Shown: positions 36,380-48,398 of the stretch, one piece after another
Position numbering within the stretch: position 1 is the stretch's first letter
Layout of the letters: each line of letters starts with the position of its first letter
Assembly: GCF_001194135.2 (NCBI RefSeq)
Contig: NC_068987.1
Coordinates: 6,452,983 to 6,509,939 of the forward strand
DNA: 56,957 nt
Reading direction: 5' to 3'
Origin: Octopus bimaculoides
Lineage: Eukaryota
Position numbers and translations under genes: made by a program
Notes under the pieces: generated by a model
What the model saw: the letters and a program-made list of their open reading frames with translations, nothing else
What the model was told of the DNA's origin: nothing
The model's database searches: none

Positions 36380-36740
36380 CATCATTATCCTCACCATTCC
36401 ATGTCTGTTTTCCATGCTGGCATCAAATGGATGGCTTGACAGGAGATGGCAAGGCTGGGAGCCATTGTCTGTTTTTTTGCAGGGTTTCTACAGCTGGATG
36501 TCTTCCCTAATGCTGACCACTTAACAAAGTGTACTGAGTGCTTTTTATGTGGCTCCAGCATGGGTGCCTTTTATGTGGCACCATCATGGGTGCATTTTAT
36601 GTGACCCCAGCATGGGTGCCTTTTTATGTGGCACCAGATGGGTGCCTTTTATGTGGCACCAGCATGGGTGCTTTTTTTATGTGGCACCAGCACCAAGAGG
36701 GTTACCAAGTACCTTGCAAGACAAAAACCCCTCACCTGGG
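36380..36740 (-). mobile_element. RTE 3'-UTR (family C) copy containing a minisatellite
   Basis: ttccatgctggcatc...ctacagctggatgtcttccctaatgc. Confidence 0.75.
36540..36692. repeat. ~26-bp minisatellite, about 6 units
   Basis: Unit approximately ttttatgtggcaccagcatgggtgcc. Confidence 0.9.
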
Positions 36741-37149
36741 AGGAAGGAAGTAATATTGAGGGGGGTGGGGTGGCTTTGTGCCAGTTGAGAGATTAAAAGT
36801 ATGGATGGTCAGAGATAGATGTTTTAGTGCATAGTCATGAAGAAATAGTTTTTAGTGTCATAAAGTGTATGGAAGGACAGACATAACATATATAATTCCT
36901 GTGATGAATTTTCATTGAGACATTTTGGGGGGGGGGGAAGGTGTCATATGCCATCAGATATGGTTCACATCATTTACACCAAGGTTCTTGAAAATGCAAT
37001 GAGTGCTGCTTCTCCAGTTCAAACTTCTGAAATAAAAAGTAAATATGTTACCATATGCAGAAATTTGATGTAGTGTTAACTTAGATGAAAGGTCAATCAC
37101 AGCAGGGTTGGGGGGGGGGGGAAACAGCCGCATGTTGAAGTCATTTGCT

Positions 37150-37350
37150 GATGCGACAATACGAGTGAGCTGCACTGGGTCAGACATGTAATGCAAACAG
37201 ACGACCCCCTACAAGGTGAAAAAGTACCATGTGTCGACTAGCAGAAAAGTAGCGAAGATATACGACGAATCGTCGAGGAGGACTTAGGGCCTTACAGACA
37301 AGATAACAGAGGACTGAGAAAGATGCTAATAAGATGTTCTGTAGGCTGAT
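37150..37350 (+). mobile_element. Highly decayed RTE-like C-terminal relic
   Basis: Translation ELHWVRHVMQTDD...IVEEDL...QDNRGLRKML loosely fits RLRWxGHVxRM...VxxDL...QDRxxWR. Confidence 0.3.
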
Positions 37351-37589
37351 CCTGTTAGCAATATGGTGGGGATAGCTGTTAATGATGTAAGTAGAGAAAA
37401 ATAAATATTAGCTAAAAGATTATTTTGTGGGTGGTGACTGAGAAACTAGCATTTCAGTGTCTGTCAAATTTCGCATTTGTTCTCATAAGTCAAACAATTT
37501 TCGGTTGAAGTTGTGAGAGTTAGGTTCATTACCATACATCATTATTGATGTTTGCCACCTTCCCCAACTTGTGAGAATGTGACATAAGT

Positions 37590-37850
37590 ATTCCAGTTGA
37601 TCCGATCAATGAGTAGACTTGAAATGAATACTGGAATGGTTTCCCATAGCCTTTTCTAGGCATGTGGGATTTGAACTCAAAAGATGTACCATAAAGTATT
37701 TCTGCTGCCACACCAACAATTCTGTCATTCTCTCACCCACAGAGCAATGCGAAATGAAGTGTTTTGCTTAAGAATACAATGCACTGCCTTGGTCAGGAAT
37801 CGAACCCATGATCTAGCGATCATGAGTGCAACATGGCTAACCACTAGGCC
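37590..37850 (-). mobile_element. tRNA-derived SINE (3' end shared with family D)
   Basis: Minus: tggcctagtggttagcc...gggttcgattcctgacc...tgatcggatcaactggaa. Confidence 0.7.
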
Positions 37851-37860
37851 ATATATGTCA

Positions 37861-38002
37861 TGCTAGCATGGGTGGGACTGTTTCACAAGAGCCCAGCTAG
37901 GCCGAAGCCTGCACCAAACTTCTGTCTTGCCAAAAATCACAGAAGTTTAATGCAGGCTTCGGCCTAGCTGGTTCTTGTGAAACCTTCCCACCCATGCTAG
38001 CA
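37861..38002. repeat. ~65-bp near-perfect inverted repeat with 13-nt loop (fold-back)
   Basis: Arms 37861-37925 and 37939-38002, matching blocks of 17, 11, 21 and 10 bp. Confidence 0.95.
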
Positions 38003-39443
38003 AGGAAGGCAGACGTTAAACGAATGATGATATAACTATTAGTGAGGGATTATCAATCTGGGTAAAATACTTCATAAGTTCTCTGTTGGCACACCAGGTT
38101 AACAATAAAGTATTCTTGTGGCAGGGTCCAAGGTTCAATTTTTCTCAACTGATGAATAGACCAATTGAGTAAACCTAACGGTGTCTAAAATGACTGCTGG
38201 AAACGCCTGTAGGCCAAATTTACTTCGATAAAAGGGAAAATATGTAATGGCCATTATTTTTACCTTGTCATATGTGTGTGTGTGTGTGAGAGAAAAAGAT
38301 CAATGGAGATGGAGGGGGGGGTGAAATAACAGAAATGGTAGGCCTGTGTATGATGTCACCAAATGTAGGACTTCGGGGGGGGGGGAAGTTGCTACTGTCA
38401 TACTCTGTAAACATCTGCAGCTAAATGAGTGCTCACCACCACCACCACCACCACTACCAATACGCCACTGCCACCAAGTCCCACTAGCACCATCAATACT
38501 CCACACACAGAACTCTACTTTCCTCCACTTGTCTTAATCACCCCCTTTCTTTTCATGTCAATCCCCCCTCCACCTCTCCCTGTATCCCACTTACCTTCAA
38601 TTGTCTTTCATTCCTTTGTTTTCTCCCTTTTCATCACAACCAGATGTACTGTTGACCTCTCTGACCTCTAGCATTCATATAACTTGTGAGTGGGTCAAAT
38701 TTTGTTTCATATCTATATCTGTCTAGATTTGTCTACATACATACATACATTACATATACACATTACATATGTACATAAATACTTACACACATTACATACA
38801 TACATACATTTTTATTGTTTTGCTTAGGCATAGGGATACTAATAACCTGATGTTAGAATTCAATATGCTTTAGGAAAAAAAACATTGAGTATAGAGCAGC
38901 AATAAGATATCAATAAATGACAAGGGAATAAGAAATTACATAACAAATTTCATTGGCTTACAACCGTTTCTGCTGTAAGATGCAATATAGACATGCACAC
39001 ATATATAGGAATGACGTCTTGGATACAGTGCTTACTTTATAACCAAATGGCTTTGGTTTCTATCTCAATACTTGACACCTCGTGTGTCTTCTACATACAG
39101 TCTTGGACCAACAAATGCTTTATGAGCGAAATTCTAGGTACACATGTATGCACACATACACACACATATATATATATATAGGTGCTGGCATGGCTGTGTG
39201 GTAAGAAGATTGTTTTCCAACCACATGGTTCCAGGTTCATTCACACTGGTCGACACCTTAGCCATCAGTAGTATGAAAAAGTGTGAATGGTTGCACACTA
39301 AGCATCAGCACTTTAAATGAGCCACTATGTGGGCTGTCCAAGGGTTTTGCGAACCTCCACTTTTTATGAAGATCATCCTGAAAAAGGAAAAGGAGGAAAA
39401 AACTAAAATTCTTTGGCCCTCGTGTGTCAAATATAACAAAAGT

Positions 39444-39511
<68 letters not shown>

Positions 39512-40042
39512 CATACATACACATGTACACAGAAACACATGGCAGAATGGAAAACAGAAAAATGTGAAGCTTTTCCTTGTCTTACATATACAAATATAAA
39601 TTTATCAGCAGAATTAATCACATGACCACTTGTACTCAAATTTAGTGCAAAGCTTTGAGTCATTTGCCAGAAAAAGAAATAGAAAAAAAAAAAAAAAAAT
39701 CAAGATGTTTTTTTTAACAAACACACTGGAGAATTCAGACATCCACACATTACCTCCCCCACGTGCATGGGTAAAGATGCAGTGGTTTGAAAAGGCAGTG
39801 CAGTTTGTGTATTTTGCAGAGCAGGTAAATACTTACAAAGGATATAAGTGAGATGCACCGTTTGCCTTTGCATTTCTATTTTAATGTTGCTCAAGGGGAA
39901 GCTACTTCTAGCTACTTTAGAAAGGCAGTCACAAAATCACATGTTCAACTGTAGTTCAGGCTGGAATTTTAGTGGCATACCAAATTGAACACTCAGAATG
40001 CATATCTATTAGTCTGAGTCAGCCTGACGGAAACTCCTCATA

Positions 40043-40430
40043 GGTGTGGCTGTGTGGTAAGAAACTTGCTTTCCAACCACATGGTTCCGGGTTCAGTCCC
40101 ACTGCATGACACCTTTGGCTAGTGACTTCTACTATAGAGTCATGCTGACCAAAGCCTTGTGAGTGGATTTGGTAGATGAAAACTGGAAGAAGCCCATCGT
40201 ATATACAAATATATATTTGTGTCTGTGGTTGTCCCCCCACCATCGCTTGACAATCGATGCTGGTGTGTTTATGTCTCCATAACTTAGTTTGGCAAAAGAG
40301 ACCGATAGAATAAGTACGAGGCTTACAAAGAATAAGTCCTGGGGTCGATTTCTTTGACTAACACCCTTTAAGGTGGTGCTCCAGCATTGCAGTCACATGA
40401 CTGAAACAAGTAAAAGAGTAAAAGAAGATA
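40043..40430 (+). mobile_element. SINE family B, full length
   Basis: Head, 3' module and agtaaaagagtaaaag end present. Confidence 0.9.
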
Positions 40431-40967
40431 TATATATATCATCAACATCATTTAATATCTGTTTTCAATGCTGGTAGGGGTTGGATGGTTTGACAGGTGC
40501 TGGTAGCACTCCCCAAAACCCTGGAGCTATTGAATGTAGTCCCCACTACCAGATGCAGTTTAAAGTCATACCCTGGACATGCACATATATATTAGTGCAT
40601 ACATATATATGCATTAATACACACATACACACACAAATACATATCTACACACATGTATATATACATACTTATATGTGCACACACGCATACACACATATTT
40701 ATGCACAATGTGCCAAGTGTCAAACATGAGAAATATTTCATGATGCATGTCAATGCCAATGACAGGAACCTTTCTGATTGTCTTGCAATGACATATTAGC
40801 CAAACCCCCACCCCCACCTGATGTATGGTTGCAACGTTTTGACACATATGGTGGAATCTTTCCTCTTGTATTGATAAAGATGTCATAACAGAAAAAAAGA
40901 AAAGAATCAAAACCAAAAAAAAACAAACTTAATGGGTTTGCATGTAAAGCATTTAATTGCACACATA

Positions 40968-41345
40968 GGTGCAGATGTGGCAGTGTGGTTCATAAGCTTT
41001 TCAAACCACCTGGCTCTGGGTTCAGTTCCACTGTGTGGCATTTGGACAAGTGCCAGCAAAAAGTCAAGAGTGGATTTGGAAGATGGAAACTGAAAGAAAC
41101 CCATTGTGTATAAGTGTGTGTGTGTGTGGGGCCTGTGTGTGTCTGATGTAAACACACCCCACCACTTGACAACTGGTGTTGGTGTGTTTACATCCATGTA
41201 ACTTAGCAGTTTAGCAAAAGAGACAGATAAAATAAGTACCAGGCTTTAAAAAGAAAAGTACAGGAGCTGATTCCTTTGACTAAAAATTCTTTAAGGCAGT
41301 GCTCCAGTATGGCTGCAGTCCAATGACTGAAACAAGTAACAAACA
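40968..41345 (+). mobile_element. SINE family B, full length, diverged
   Basis: gtggcagtgtggttcataagc...ggaaactgaaagaaaccc...gactgaaacaagtaa. Confidence 0.85.
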
Positions 41346-41549
41346 AAAAAATAAAGGTATTTATGTTACACATATTATATATGCACACACACGATTTTAG
41401 CTGGTATGTAATGTCTATGCATAAATTAAATATAGGCAGTAATTTTTTAAAGCAGATTATTCATATGCTAATATATTCATATGCAAATCATATGTAAATT
41501 CTATGCATGTCTGTACATACATATAAAAGAAAAATATGTCGACATATTC

Positions 41550-41760
41550 TACTCTCTCTTTTACTCTTCTACTTGTTTCAGTCATTTGACTGTGGCCATG
41601 CTGGAGCACCGCCTTTAGTCGAGCAAATCGACCCCAGGACTTATTCTTTGGAAGCCTAGTACTTATTTTATCGGTCTCTTTGCTGAACCACTAAGTTATG
41701 GGGACGTAAACACACCAGCATCGGTTGTCAAGCGATGTTGGGGGTGGGGCAAACACAGAC
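41550..41760 (-). mobile_element. SINE family B 3' module
   Basis: ttacttgtttcagtcatttgactgtggccatgctggagcaccgcc...ggttgtcaagcgatgttgggg. Confidence 0.9.
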
Positions 41761-41924
41761 AAGCTTTTCAAACATTCTGTCACACGTAATTGTTTGCTAT
41801 TATGTCAGATTTGAAGCTCTTGAAAACAAGATTCATATTAAGGACATTGCCCTCGTTCAATTTTGTTTAGACACTGAAAGGAATGAAATGAAATCTGAGA
41901 TTTTAAGTGAATCCTTTTTAAAAG

Positions 41925-42348
41925 GAGTTTTACACTCTCGGAGTGGTTGGCATTAGGAAGGGCATCCAGCCGTTGAAACCATGCCAGATCAGAGTGGAGT
42001 CTAGTGCATCCCCTCAGCTTACCAGCCTTGATCAAACTGTCCAACCCATGGACAACGGGCGTTAAACGATAATTAGTCATAAAATTTATTATACCCCTCC
42101 TCCATTTAGTTGAGGAAGTTTTTCCTTTCTCTCGTTCCTTTCTTGTCTTGCAAGTCATTTGACAACCTCACCAGTGCCAGTAGCAAAAAGAAAATAGCAC
42201 CTAGTACACACTCTAAGAAGTGGTTGGGGGTAGGAAGTGCATCCAGTTATAGAAATGATGAAAAAGTTGTAATTGAAGCTCAACGCAGTTCTGCAGGTCA
42301 ATGGATCTTGTCAAACTGTCAGTCCCATGCCAGCATGGAAAGCAGACA
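41925..42348 (+). mobile_element. Two tandem RTE 3'-UTR (family C) fragments
   Basis: gagtggttggcattaggaagggcatccagcc (41940) and gtggttgggggtaggaagtgcatccag (42220). Confidence 0.75.
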
Positions 42349-42579
42349 TTAACCATTTTGTTACCATATTTCTGTTGAGATGTTCCGTGTTTCTTTCAAT
42401 TAATTTTAAATATAGCAAAGAATTTAGTAAAATAACTTAGTTATCATTAAGTTGGTGTTAGGAACATAAGTTGTGACTAAGGTTTGGTGGAAGATTTTAA
42501 TTCAGAACTTATGAAAACAAGACATTTGTATTACAGAACCAGAAGCAGTTTTAGGCAGGTTGGTACCAAAAAGGGTTAA
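42349..42579. mobile_element. piggyBac-type MITE with TTAA TSD, inserted in an RTE tail
   Basis: ttaa-ccattttgttacca ... tggtaccaaaaaggg-ttaa. Related partial copy at ~12218-12300. Confidence 0.8.
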
Positions 42580-42594
42580 ATAATGGTTACAAAT

Positions 42595-42725
42595 TTTGGC
42601 ACAAGGCCAGCAATTTCAAAGGAAGGGGTAAATTGATTACACCAGCCTCCAGCACTTAACTGGTACTTATTTTATAAACCATGAAAGGATGAAAAGCAAA
42701 GTTGACCCCGGCAGAATTTGAAGTA
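42595..42725 (-). mobile_element. SINE family A fragment
   Basis: ggcacaaggcc...aactggtacttatttt...gaaaggatgaaaagcaaagttgacc...gcagaatttgaa. Confidence 0.75.
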
Positions 42726-43289
42726 ATGATGATGATTACCAGTAATGGCAATTCTATTGTGGTCCAAAATTCAGAGCAGATCACCACCGAAATGTCTGGA
42801 AATTTGCTTTTTTTAAAATTCTAGTTGTAGGTTACATGTGTGTGTGTGTGCAAGTGTAAAATTTTGTTCAACATGCTTATTGTGTTTTATCATGTCTCAT
42901 AACTCTTCCTTCAATGACTGGGCCTCCTCCCCTCCCCCAATCCCTCCAAGAGTGCATCTGTGTTATGGCTAAGTAAGGTTTAATATTTTTAGTCATAACC
43001 TGCTCTAACATCTGTTACGTGTCTGATGACAAAATGAAATATTATGTTATACTAGGCAGAGTTTGGCCTTGGGATTAAAAGATCATCTAAGTGTTCACCA
43101 ACCTTTGACCAGTTTGGATAAGATGAGATCAACAGTCAAAACAATTTGTGAAGCTCATGTGTGTGTATGCAACCAGCCGTCCCCTGAAATGTGTAAGCTA
43201 ATGTGGGCAGATGTAGACTTGTGGTGGCTATTCTGTTGATATGGTAGGATTTATAGGAATAAGTAGTACAGTAAAATATAATCTGCATA

Positions 43290-43625
43290 AGTGACCCTCT
43301 TTGGTCATGAAGGACCATGGGATGGCACCGAGAAAGTTACCCTCCGAGGCACAAGTCCAGGCAAGGTTGTTTATGGAAGGCCAGCAGTCGCCCATGCATA
43401 CCAGACTCCCCTCTCCACACCACTGATGTTATCCAAGGGAAAGGCAAAGGTTGATACAACTTGGTACCAGTGATGTAGCAATTCATTTCTACAGATGAGT
43501 GAACTGGAGCAATATGAAATAAAGTGTCTTGCTCAAGAACTCAACATGCAGCCTGGTCCGGGAATCGAACTCGCAACCTCATGATCATAAGCTCAACGCC
43601 CTAACCACTGAGCCATGCGCCTTCA
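43290..43625 (-). mobile_element. tRNA-derived SINE family E
   Basis: Minus: ggcgcatggctcagtggttagggcg...gagttcgattcccggacc, then a central cttgagcaagacactttattt...ttgctccagttcactca block. Confidence 0.8.
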
Positions 43626-43652
43626 TAATCTACATAAGTATTTGTTTTTTGT

Positions 43653-44048
43653 TTTACATTATTTACATTTGATGGATATTTGTCCTCATCTTGTTTGTTA
43701 ACACAATGTTTTGGCTGATATACCCTCCAGCCTTCATCAGGTGTCTTGGGGACATTTTGAACATGGGTTCTCATTCCTAAGGTATTTTTCGATGTTATTA
43801 TTATTATTATTATTCAGGTTACTGCCGGGAATCGAACTTGGAATTTTGGGGTTATTAGCCCGCGCTCTTAACCACTATGCCATATGCCTGTGAATAATAA
43901 TAATATCGAAAAATACCTTAGGAATGAGAACCCATGTTTGAAATTTCCTCAAGACACCTGATGAAGGCTGGAGGGTATATCAGCCGAAACATTGTGTTAA
44001 CAACAAACAAGATGAGGACAAATAGCCGTCAAATGTAAATAATGTAAA
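43653..44048 (-). mobile_element. tRNA-Ile(AAT)-headed element with hammerhead-containing tail duplicated as an inverted repeat
   Basis: Arms 43653-43816 and 43891-44048 are reverse complements. The spacer 43817-43890 (minus) reads ggcatatggcatagtggttaagagcgcgggctAATaaccccaaaattccaagttcgattcccggcag. Confidence 0.85.
43953..43998 (+). ncRNA. Minimal type I hammerhead motif (mirror copy at 43700-43745, minus)
   Basis: gacac-CUGAUGA-a-GGCUG-gaggguauau-CAGCC-GAAAC-(A)UU-guguu. Confidence 0.75.
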
Positions 44049-44119
44049 TAATGCACATAATTCCTCATCTCTTAAATATAGAACTGTGGGTTTTTTTTGT
44101 TAAATTTTTCATGAGCGTC

Positions 44120-44190
44120 AGGGTGCATGGCCTAGTGGTTAGCGTGTGGCATTCATAATTGCACATCGTGGGTGCGATTCCAAGAGTCTG
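44120..44190 (+). mobile_element. Degenerate tRNA-derived SINE head
   Basis: gcatggcctagtggttagcgtg...gggtgcgattcc. Confidence 0.55.
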
Positions 44191-44251
44191 ATAGTATGGA
44201 TGGCGAGAGAAAGACAAAGTGAGAGGGCTTTAAACATGATGATGGTGGAGA

Positions 44252-44286
<35 letters not shown>

Positions 44287-44645
44287 CTTGCCTGTTCAGA
44301 AGAACGTGATCTGTTGTAGTCATAGTAGAAGAGACAAAGAGATGACATGTTATGTTGGCGAGTTAGCTGTAGAGTTTGATAATCTTAATATAGCTTATTT
44401 AGCAGGACATCAGATCAGCAGCTGTAGCAGTTGTAGTGGCTTATGAATATTGCAAAGATTTGCTTTGTTATTCCTTGTTGTTGTGTCAAAGATTCTATTT
44501 GATCAAAGTATTATCATCAAAGAACCAGAAGTGTTCTACATTAAAAAAAAAAAAAGTAATATCATAAACCCAGTTTGCATCAGGGGAAAAATAGATATTC
44601 TAGATGCTCTGGCAATAATATCTGCACTGCAACTAGCATTATGTC

Positions 44646-45043
44646 TCTCTTTACTCTTTACCTTGTTCCAGTCATTTGACTGTGGCCATGCTGGAGCACT
44701 GCCTTTAGTCAAGCAAATCGACCCCAGGACTTGTTCTTTGTAAGCCTAGTACTTATTCTATTGGTCTCTTTTGCCGAACCGCTAAGTTACGGGGACGTGA
44801 ACACACCAGCATCGGTTGTCAAGCGATGTTGGGGGGACAAACACAGACACACAAACACACATATATACATATACATATATTCGACGGGCTTCTTTCAGTT
44901 TCCGTCTACCAAATCCACTCACAAGGCTTTGGTCGGCCCGAGGCTATAGTAGAAGACACTTGCCCAAGGTGCCACGAAGTGGGACTGAACCCGGAACCAT
45001 GTGGTTGGTAAGCAAGCTACTTACCACACAGCCACTCCTGTGC
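44646..45043 (-). mobile_element. SINE family B, full length, well preserved
   Basis: Complete reverse complement from cacagccactcctg to ttgttccagtcatttgac, with internal (CA/TA) repeat. Confidence 0.95.
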
Positions 45044-46267
45044 CTATAAAGATTTTGTCAATCACACACTTAACAGCACTCACTGTTTTTATAACAATGT
45101 AAGTCAAACTATTTCTCAAAAAAAAAAATACGGAAAATAAATCTTACAAAACAATTGCCTTGGGCCCTATGTACAGAATTGGGCCTCTCATAAGCTAATT
45201 GTTTTTGAAATGCTTTGTCTGAAATTAGGGTACATCTAATATACCCATGTGTCTTTTACGCCATCAAATGTGGTACTAAATAACCCCAGAGGGCCGTAGA
45301 AGACATTTGCCATTAATATTCACGTCTGCCTGTCTTAAATCTAAACAGTAAATAATGTACACTCCAAAAGAATTAGAGCTTTTAGCTTTTGATTTACAGT
45401 TAAATTGACAGAAAAGTTAGGGCAAAATCAGACAAAATGCCTTGTGGTATTTGTTCCAATTTACCAGGTTTTGAATTCAAATCCTATCAAGTTTGACTTT
45501 AAATTACATCTGTCCTGGGGTGGTTGCTAGCATTCGGATTGCTCTGTCAGATGTAATGCTTGTTTCCAATCTTGTAGCTTTGAGATTTTGATGATGTCAT
45601 TGCTTATTTTCAGAATGACATTGTAGGGTGGGTGTGAGAGGCTAAATCTGAACAGTCCTGGGGTTGATTTGCTTGACTAAAGGTACTGTTCCAGCATGGC
45701 CGCTGTCAAATGACAGAAATAAATAAAATAATAAATGATCAGACATCGGAATATCGATCAATGTATCTGAGACAGATTCATTTACTTACTTTCAGATCAG
45801 ACTAACTGATTCCGAGTCAAGTTATGGGGGGGGGGAGGATAAAGATCTAAGAATATTAGTAGTAAGGGATAATGTAGTTATTGTTTGAGTAACAGCAGCA
45901 TCATAAATCATGTCACCCACACACACACATTACTATATACTATCTTGGAATAAGGAATTGTAAATATTTGGCTGCAACTTTCAAACCTGAATTCTACGCC
46001 ATGAGTAGAGAGTGTCTGGTTCAGTGAAGACATTAGAGAAGGAGGTGATATCAAGGCTGCGGAAAAGTGGGGTGGAGGGGATATTTAATTAAATTTAGAA
46101 CTGAAAATTAGATGGTAACTGCAGCAGTTGTAATCGCTGCATTAGCCAGTGCAGTTGCAGTAGCGGCAGTTGTGTCTCATGACATGCATATGTTCGCTTA
46201 ATTTGCCATGCATACAGTGGACGTATGCCAGCCTATCACCGTTTCCCTTCCATGACTCCACTCCAAC

Positions 46268-46308
<41 letters not shown>

Positions 46309-48000
46309 GTTACATTCACTTGTTGTGACATGTATGCATGCAAGTGTTTGCATATGCACGATAACTCATAAGGAGATTTGAGTGCATGCATGCAGAATCA
46401 TGTGCTGCTGTCTCTCTTAATCTATCTTCCTCTCCCCACTGCCACCTCACCCTTTACCATTCTTCTGCAATGTCTGTACACACGGCTTGAATAGATTCTT
46501 ACACATGCATGAGGTTTAACTGTGACTTTTCATGTATAAGAGTGTAGTAAAACCGTGTGTCTGTGCGCATATGTTGTTGTGCATCTGTGTATGAAGGCGG
46601 GCGTGGTTTTTTGTGTATGTATGTGTATATATACGTGTGTGTGTGTGTGTGTGTGTACTTATTTACCTGCATACATGCTTATGTTTGCAGCAGTTTACAT
46701 GCATCAGCTGCTGTATATGTGCAGGTGTATTTCATGTTGTGTCCATGTGTGTATACATGTGTTAACGAATAGGCTTCTGTGTATATGTTTGTGTGCAAGA
46801 TTGAGTATGTATACATCAATTTGTATGCAAAACTGTCAGTGTGTGTATGTGCATACATGTGGAATGTGATGTGTGTATATATACATGTAGTGTTTTTAAA
46901 ACAGTGTACTTATTATTTATATTTTTCCAAATAGAATTAAATAAACCAGGTGTAAACGCTATATACCATGTGTGTGTGTGTGTGTGTGTGTACATAGGTG
47001 ATGTTGTTGTTTAGCCCCAGGATAATTCTCATCACAGAGTCCTATAATCAAAAGTAGTCCAGCTATGACCATCCCGTCTCAAAATTCAGGCAGTGTGTTT
47101 ATAGGAACACATTATCCTGTGAATTCTTTCTTCTTTTTTCATGGGTGATAGTGTATAATTTGAGGGAGATTAGCTTACTATTTCTAGCAAACCAAGTAAC
47201 CACATAGTCTCCCCTCTTTAGCTTATGTAAACATGCATGTTTACTATGAGTATCTACGTGTGCATATTATGTCAAACTGTTGATATAAGAGACAGTAATG
47301 TTTATAGTATATCTTTGTGCATGCTTGTACACCTCCAGTTGAGCATGTGAAAGATTGAAATTTTGCGTATTTGTGTGAATATAGACAGATGTGTAAAGTA
47401 TGTGCTTGTGAGTGTGTGAGGGAATGCATACCCATGGGTGTGTAAGTGTGTGTAAGAGAGAAAGAGGGAGTATGTTAGTGGACTGCTCTATTGGCTCAGT
47501 ATAATAAGTATCGATTCAGAGGTCAGGGTCAAGGTAGCCTTGGCAGCCTCCATTTAAATAATGTATGCAAACAGTACACTTTAGATGCAGATGCAGACAG
47601 CGATGAAGCATGAGGTGATGGTGATGATGCTGGTAGACATAGTGGTGGTGGTGATGGTGGTGATGTTCCTAGTGACATTAGTAATAGTGGTGATGATGTT
47701 CGTGGTCTTGGTGGTGGTGGTGGTGGCTGAGGTATTCATAGACAGGAGTTTTTGTTCTGCTGGAGGAGGAGGAGGAGGAGGAAAAGGAAGGGTGGGTACA
47801 GTCTGTTGAATATTATAGATGCAAAACATTGCCAACATTCTAAAACTCATATAGAGCAGACAGCAGACGCACTGGTTCAAAGGAATAAATGCATGTTTAC
47901 TGACTGATAAACACACATGCATACATCTACATGTTTCTTTGTGCATAGATATATATATACCATAAAAGTGTGTGCACAAATGCATATACAAATTCTTTCA

Positions 48001-48044
<44 letters not shown>

Positions 48045-48309
48045 CACATACATAAATTGTTTCATTTATATAGTATATTTACACACACACACACACATAT
48101 ATATACATGCATACATTTCTCTGCATACAAATATGTATGTAAATATTTTCATATACATACACGCACACATTAAAAATACAAACACGTACAAAAGAATCAT
48201 GTATGTATACTTTTTCTTTTACATATACAAGTATATATTTATATATGTGTGTGTGTGTATGTATATATATATATGTGTGTGTGTGTATATGTATATATAT
48301 GTATGCATA

Positions 48310-48346
<37 letters not shown>

Positions 48347-48367
48347 GCAAATGTATATATGTGTGAG

Positions 48368-48398
<31 letters not shown>

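Noticed and set aside
36540-36692. CRISPR-like array
   Set aside because: Contiguous tandem units with no unique spacers, in a eukaryotic context with no cas genes.
43817-43890. Functional tRNA-Ile gene (and other tRNA-like heads at 12815, 43545, 44120)
   Set aside because: The acceptor and T stems do not pair properly, and the heads run into repeat bodies, so they are SINE heads.
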